A stretch of 35,888 bases of DNA, from positions 200,099-235,986 of the forward strand of contig NW_014040542.1 of NCBI RefSeq assembly GCF_001186125.1, read 5' to 3'. A program made the translations under genes and the position numbers. Below are positions 32,340 to 35,888 of this stretch, in pieces. Within the stretch, counting starts at the first letter, position 1. Every line of letters begins with the position of its first letter. A model generated the notes under the pieces. The model did not search any database. It had not been told where the DNA came from and saw only the letters and a list, made by a program, of their open reading frames with translations. This stretch comes from Sphaeroforma arctica JP610. Taxonomy: Eukaryota.

Positions 32340-32740
32340 GTCTACAAAGATCGAGTCAAAACAATCTTCGGCAATGTCGATATCGACCTCTTTGCCAACA
32401 AACAGAATGCTCAAGTCTCCGTCTATTGTAGCTTGGAACCGGATGCACCCTTACACGATGCATATACACAATCTTGGAACCAGCCTCATAAACACTCATA
32501 CGGCAACATCCCATTCACCAAGGACGATTGGCGCAAAACACTTCGTAAACTAAACAACGACAACGGTCTAGTCACGGTGGTATTTAGTCTCAAACCACAC
32601 ACCAAAAACTACAATCAAATCAAACTACAACTTCATTCACACGTCGAGATTATCAAAACCGACGAGAACACCTTCCTGCGCAACGGCAACGAAAGTGTTG
32701 GTCCCCCTCCCTGGCGATAAATCTGTATGGCTAGGTTAGG
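32340..32740 (+). pseudogene. DNA N6-adenine methyltransferase-like domain embedded in Copia pol
   Basis: IFGNVDIDLFANKQNAQVSVYCSLEPDAPLHDAYTQSW...SYGNIPF...RKTLRKL...VTVV...FLRNGNESVGPPPW. It has a SAM-binding-type DLFA motif (32385-32396), DAxxxxW and a catalytic-type N-I-P-F motif, in the layout of DIRS/phage Dam-like domains. Confidence 0.8.
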
Positions 32741-32820
32741 CAATGAACAGTATGCCGTGCCTCCAACAGCTGAACTTCTCTCCGCTGATACAAGCGGAAG
32801 TCATCGCACATCCTCAGCCA

Positions 32821-33600
32821 CTCAAATTCTGTCCTCCATGCGCACGCGGTAAGATGCGACGCCATCCTATCTCCAAAGCAGCTAAGGCTAGTGAGACGTT
32901 ACCCCCTCTCGCCACAATACTTCACGTCAATTTGAAAACAGAATATCCCACCAGTCCAGGTGGATATACCTGTAACACAAAATATGTCGACGCCAACTCT
33001 GGGGCATCCTTTGTCTACCCTCTTAAGACAAACGACGAGGCATCCAGCACCCTTGACCGCTTCTACACAGATATTGGTAAGGACTATCTAGCCAATCTAC
33101 GGGAAGTCAAATGTGATAGAGGAGGTGAGTTTGTATCTAGCGAGTTCAACAGAATCAACACTGTTCAGCACGTCAAGGTCACTTACATACCTACAAACTC
33201 TCGAGCATTACGCGGTCTCGTAGAACGTACTAATGGTTTCATCAAAAACATCACACTTGAACTTCTCAAACACTCGCGCCAACCTGACGTTATGTGGGCA
33301 GAAGCACTACGCCACGCTACACTTATCAAGTTCGTCCAACATAACAAACACAACGTCTGACAAAAGTCATCCTGGGAAGTCTTCTGGGGTTCCAAACTTA
33401 CACAGCGCATCAAACACATGCATATCTACGAATGCCAAGTAGCTTTCATCAATCAAGACCGACAAGACAAATTAGATGACCATGCAACTCTAGGTGTCTA
33501 TCTCGACCACGACACGCAGTCTAAATACTTCGATGAATGCCGTATTCTCAGTGTGAAAACCGGAAAAAATTGTCACTCTCGCGACGTCCAGGTTAATCAT
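32821..33600 (+). pseudogene. Copia integrase (CxxC, rve core, SH3-like region)
   Basis: CPPCARGKMRR; first catalytic Asp appears as Asn (HVNL); CDRGGEF; VERTN; KLDDHATLGVYL; SRDV. Confidence 0.92.
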
Positions 33601-34812
33601 CAAGTATTCCCAACGTGGACAATGGTCGGCACTACATCAGTCGCAAGTTTCCCAGATACCACACCTGACAATGTACCTACTATCAGAGAGATCACACTCG
33701 CCAACATCAACTCTACCAATGTCTCCGACTCGCCCACCCTCTTCATTCCAGGGGAGACAATGACTACCACAACATCCTGCTCCACCAATGTCCCCGACCC
33801 GCCCACCCTCGTCATTCCAGGGGAGCAACTACCTACAACTCCCACCTCAAACATTCCAGGGTAGCCTCTGACTACCATATCTCCAAATAGCCACGCTCTA
33901 CTTATTCCAGAGGAGCACCTACCATTCATCATTCAACAACAAAGTAACCACACCAGGACAGATACTACACACACATCAGTACACAACCAACCCACTGCTA
34001 CTGCAACTCAACCGCGGACTACCCTACAACCACTCCTCCCCACACTAAATAACACCGATCGACATGGTGCCACCGCGCTACTCCCCACGCATACTACACC
34101 ACCCTCACGCCCACCTGCACTTCTCGACCAGCCAACCATAACTGTCGAGGACACGGTTAACAGAGAACTACAAAGTCACATTGCGAAACAACCCATTTCG
34201 CGTACATTAAGAGGTCTCCTCTTACCGGATCGCAACAATAGCGGCAGTCTCAATGAATCCGCTTTACCCAATCAGATGCGTATGGCTCGTCAGCGTGATA
34301 GACAAAAGACACATCATAACGCTACTAATCAACATAATGCTGAATATATTAACACCACAGCCACTATCACAACATCACCACGTTCCATGTCCCCTCCTTC
34401 TAGACACGATCATTGGAGCCCAGATATCGAAAACACTGGCAACTTTTCCAATCACGATCACATCTCTCCTATCATGTCTACACAAGAGTTCAATTTCAAT
34501 GACAAATTCAGACGCACAGTCGCACATCTGAAGCATACATCCAAAACTAACAAAGCTCACCGTCAGTTTCGCCGTGCCGTACTCCAACTGGCTCGTTCCA
34601 GCACCAATAAAGTACTTACGACTATATCTCATACACCTCCACGACTATCCGCCACAGTTGACTACGACAAAGATGACATACCCATCAAAATCAACACTGT
34701 TATACCCGACGACTCCACTGACCTACATGAACGTACACGACAACAGGTTATGTATAATGATACAGTACATAAACTGTACACAGCATGCACCAAACTTCAA
34801 TCGCATCCACTT

Positions 34813-35888
34813 ACCCCTGCTACCATTCGCCAAGCGCTCAAAGGCAAAGATGCCGACATTTGGCGCGCGTCCATCCAACGCGAACTCGACAGCCTACAGC
34901 AGGCTGGTACGTACGATCTCCTACGTCCGGACGAAGTACCAGACGACGCCTTTACCGTCTCTAGCAAATGGATTTTTAAAATCAAGATGATAGATAGTAT
35001 GGTGGATAAGTATAAGTCTAGACTTCGTGCTCGAGGATAAAGACGTACGCGACCACATGCAGTCACGACACCCTCCGCACGCTTCTTGCCGTCGCCGCCT
35101 CTAACAAATGGCACGTTGAACAAATGAACGTGGACACAGCATACCTGTACGCTGACCTGGATGAGCCAATCTACATGCGTCCACCACCAGGGTCTGCCAC
35201 CGTCGGTCTCCCATCTGATCACATCATGAAACTCAATAAGAGTCTATATAGGCGGGCTTAAACAATCAGGTCGCCTATGGCATGCTCTTCTAAAGTCCAA
35301 ACTCTTCAACATGGGCTTCCACCAAGCAGCCTCGGATTCTGCCTTTTCATCATTGACTCCGATAGTTTTTTCTGCGTTGTTCTCATATATGTCGATGACC
35401 TCATAGTTTGTGGCAAATCTGCCGCCGACATCTCACATTTCATAGAACTGATCCAAGCAGACTTTAGCTGCAAAGAAATGGGTAAACCGCAATGGCTCTT
35501 AGGCGTACGCGTTCTCTCGACAAACGACTCCCTCAGCTTAGTTCAAGATAACTACATCCGCGAGGCCTTAGAGACCTTTGACCTCACCGACAGTCCCTCG
35601 GCACCGACACCGTCCCACACACATATGTGAATATCGTAATTGATAGGCACATTACAATATCTGTCGGTTTTAACTCGCATCGACATCACCTACGCCCTAA
35701 ACACACTAGCTCGGTATATGAACAACCCATCTGCCCAACACTGGATAGCAGCTCAACGTATCCTACGATACCTCAAAGATACATCACAATTAGGTCTCGC
35801 TTACTCTTTCCACGAGGGACCACTAGTTGCCGATGCTGTCTACGATGCTGACTACACTGCCTGTCCTGACACACGACGTTCTACTACC
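34813..35888 (+). pseudogene. Copia reverse transcriptase (RVT_2) and start of RNase H
   Basis: PATIRQAL...W...ELDSL, KWIFKIK, YKSRL, QMNVDTAYL, LIYVDDLIV, WLLGVRV, DADY...TRRSTT. Contains internal deletions and frameshifts. Confidence 0.93.

Larger units (their letters stand above)
30123..35888 (+). mobile_element. Ty1/Copia LTR retrotransposon, degenerate, truncated by the window edge
   Basis: Order is PBS, gag (ATG 30288; UBN2-like LLDVGEVIPD...LLYSLGDSY; CCHC knuckles), protease IDSGAMVH (31907-31930), WHDILGH, CPPCARGK, integrase core (HVNL, CDRGGEF, GLVERTN, WAEA), RT (IWRASIQRELDSL, SSKWIFKIK, YKSRL, GLKQSG, YVDD 35388-35399) and RNase H start DADY...DTRRSTT. Integrase before RT defines Copia. 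Multiple stops and frameshifts. Confidence 0.97.

Noticed and set aside
32330..32817. Idea that the MT segment is an intron spliced out of pol
   Set aside because: AG acceptor-like sites exist (32769, 32817), but no convincing GT donor consensus was found at the 5' boundary.
35594..35606. PSAP motif in the Copia element, suggestive of a TSG101-binding late domain near a TSG101 gene
   Set aside because: It lies in the RT region rather than gag, and genomic proximity is irrelevant to protein binding; likely chance.
30288..35888. Apparent G-to-A bias in inactivating changes (D to N, G to E/D), suggesting RIP or deaminase editing
   Set aside because: Only a few cases with guessed ancestral states and mixed contexts; it needs a family consensus.

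Overview
Eukaryotic genomic DNA with GT-AG introns, many microsatellites and one 20-N gap. The organism cannot be identified from the sequence; a unicellular opisthokont is only a guess. The left 15.3 kb holds two divergently transcribed, intron-rich housekeeping genes: methionine aminopeptidase 2 (minus, ~1220-7957) and the ESCRT-I subunit TSG101/Vps23 (plus, 9649-15300). The right ~20 kb is a cluster of decayed transposons: (1) a possible pogo-type DDE relic; (2) a Ulp1/C48 protease relic; (3) a DIRS-type retroelement (gag, RT, RNase H, methyltransferase-like domain, possible tyrosine recombinase remnant) whose gag is interrupted by a 593-bp solo LTR; (4) a Mutator-like transposase relic with a convergent spliced ORF; (5) a Ty1/Copia element running off the right edge. 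The most unusual feature is in the Copia element: a ~150-aa DNA N6-adenine methyltransferase-like domain (DLFA...NIPF, the type known from DIRS elements and phage Dam-like enzymes) lies inside the integrase HHCC zinc finger, between the two histidines and the two cysteines. All protein assignments come from manual translation and motif recognition; no database search was run.
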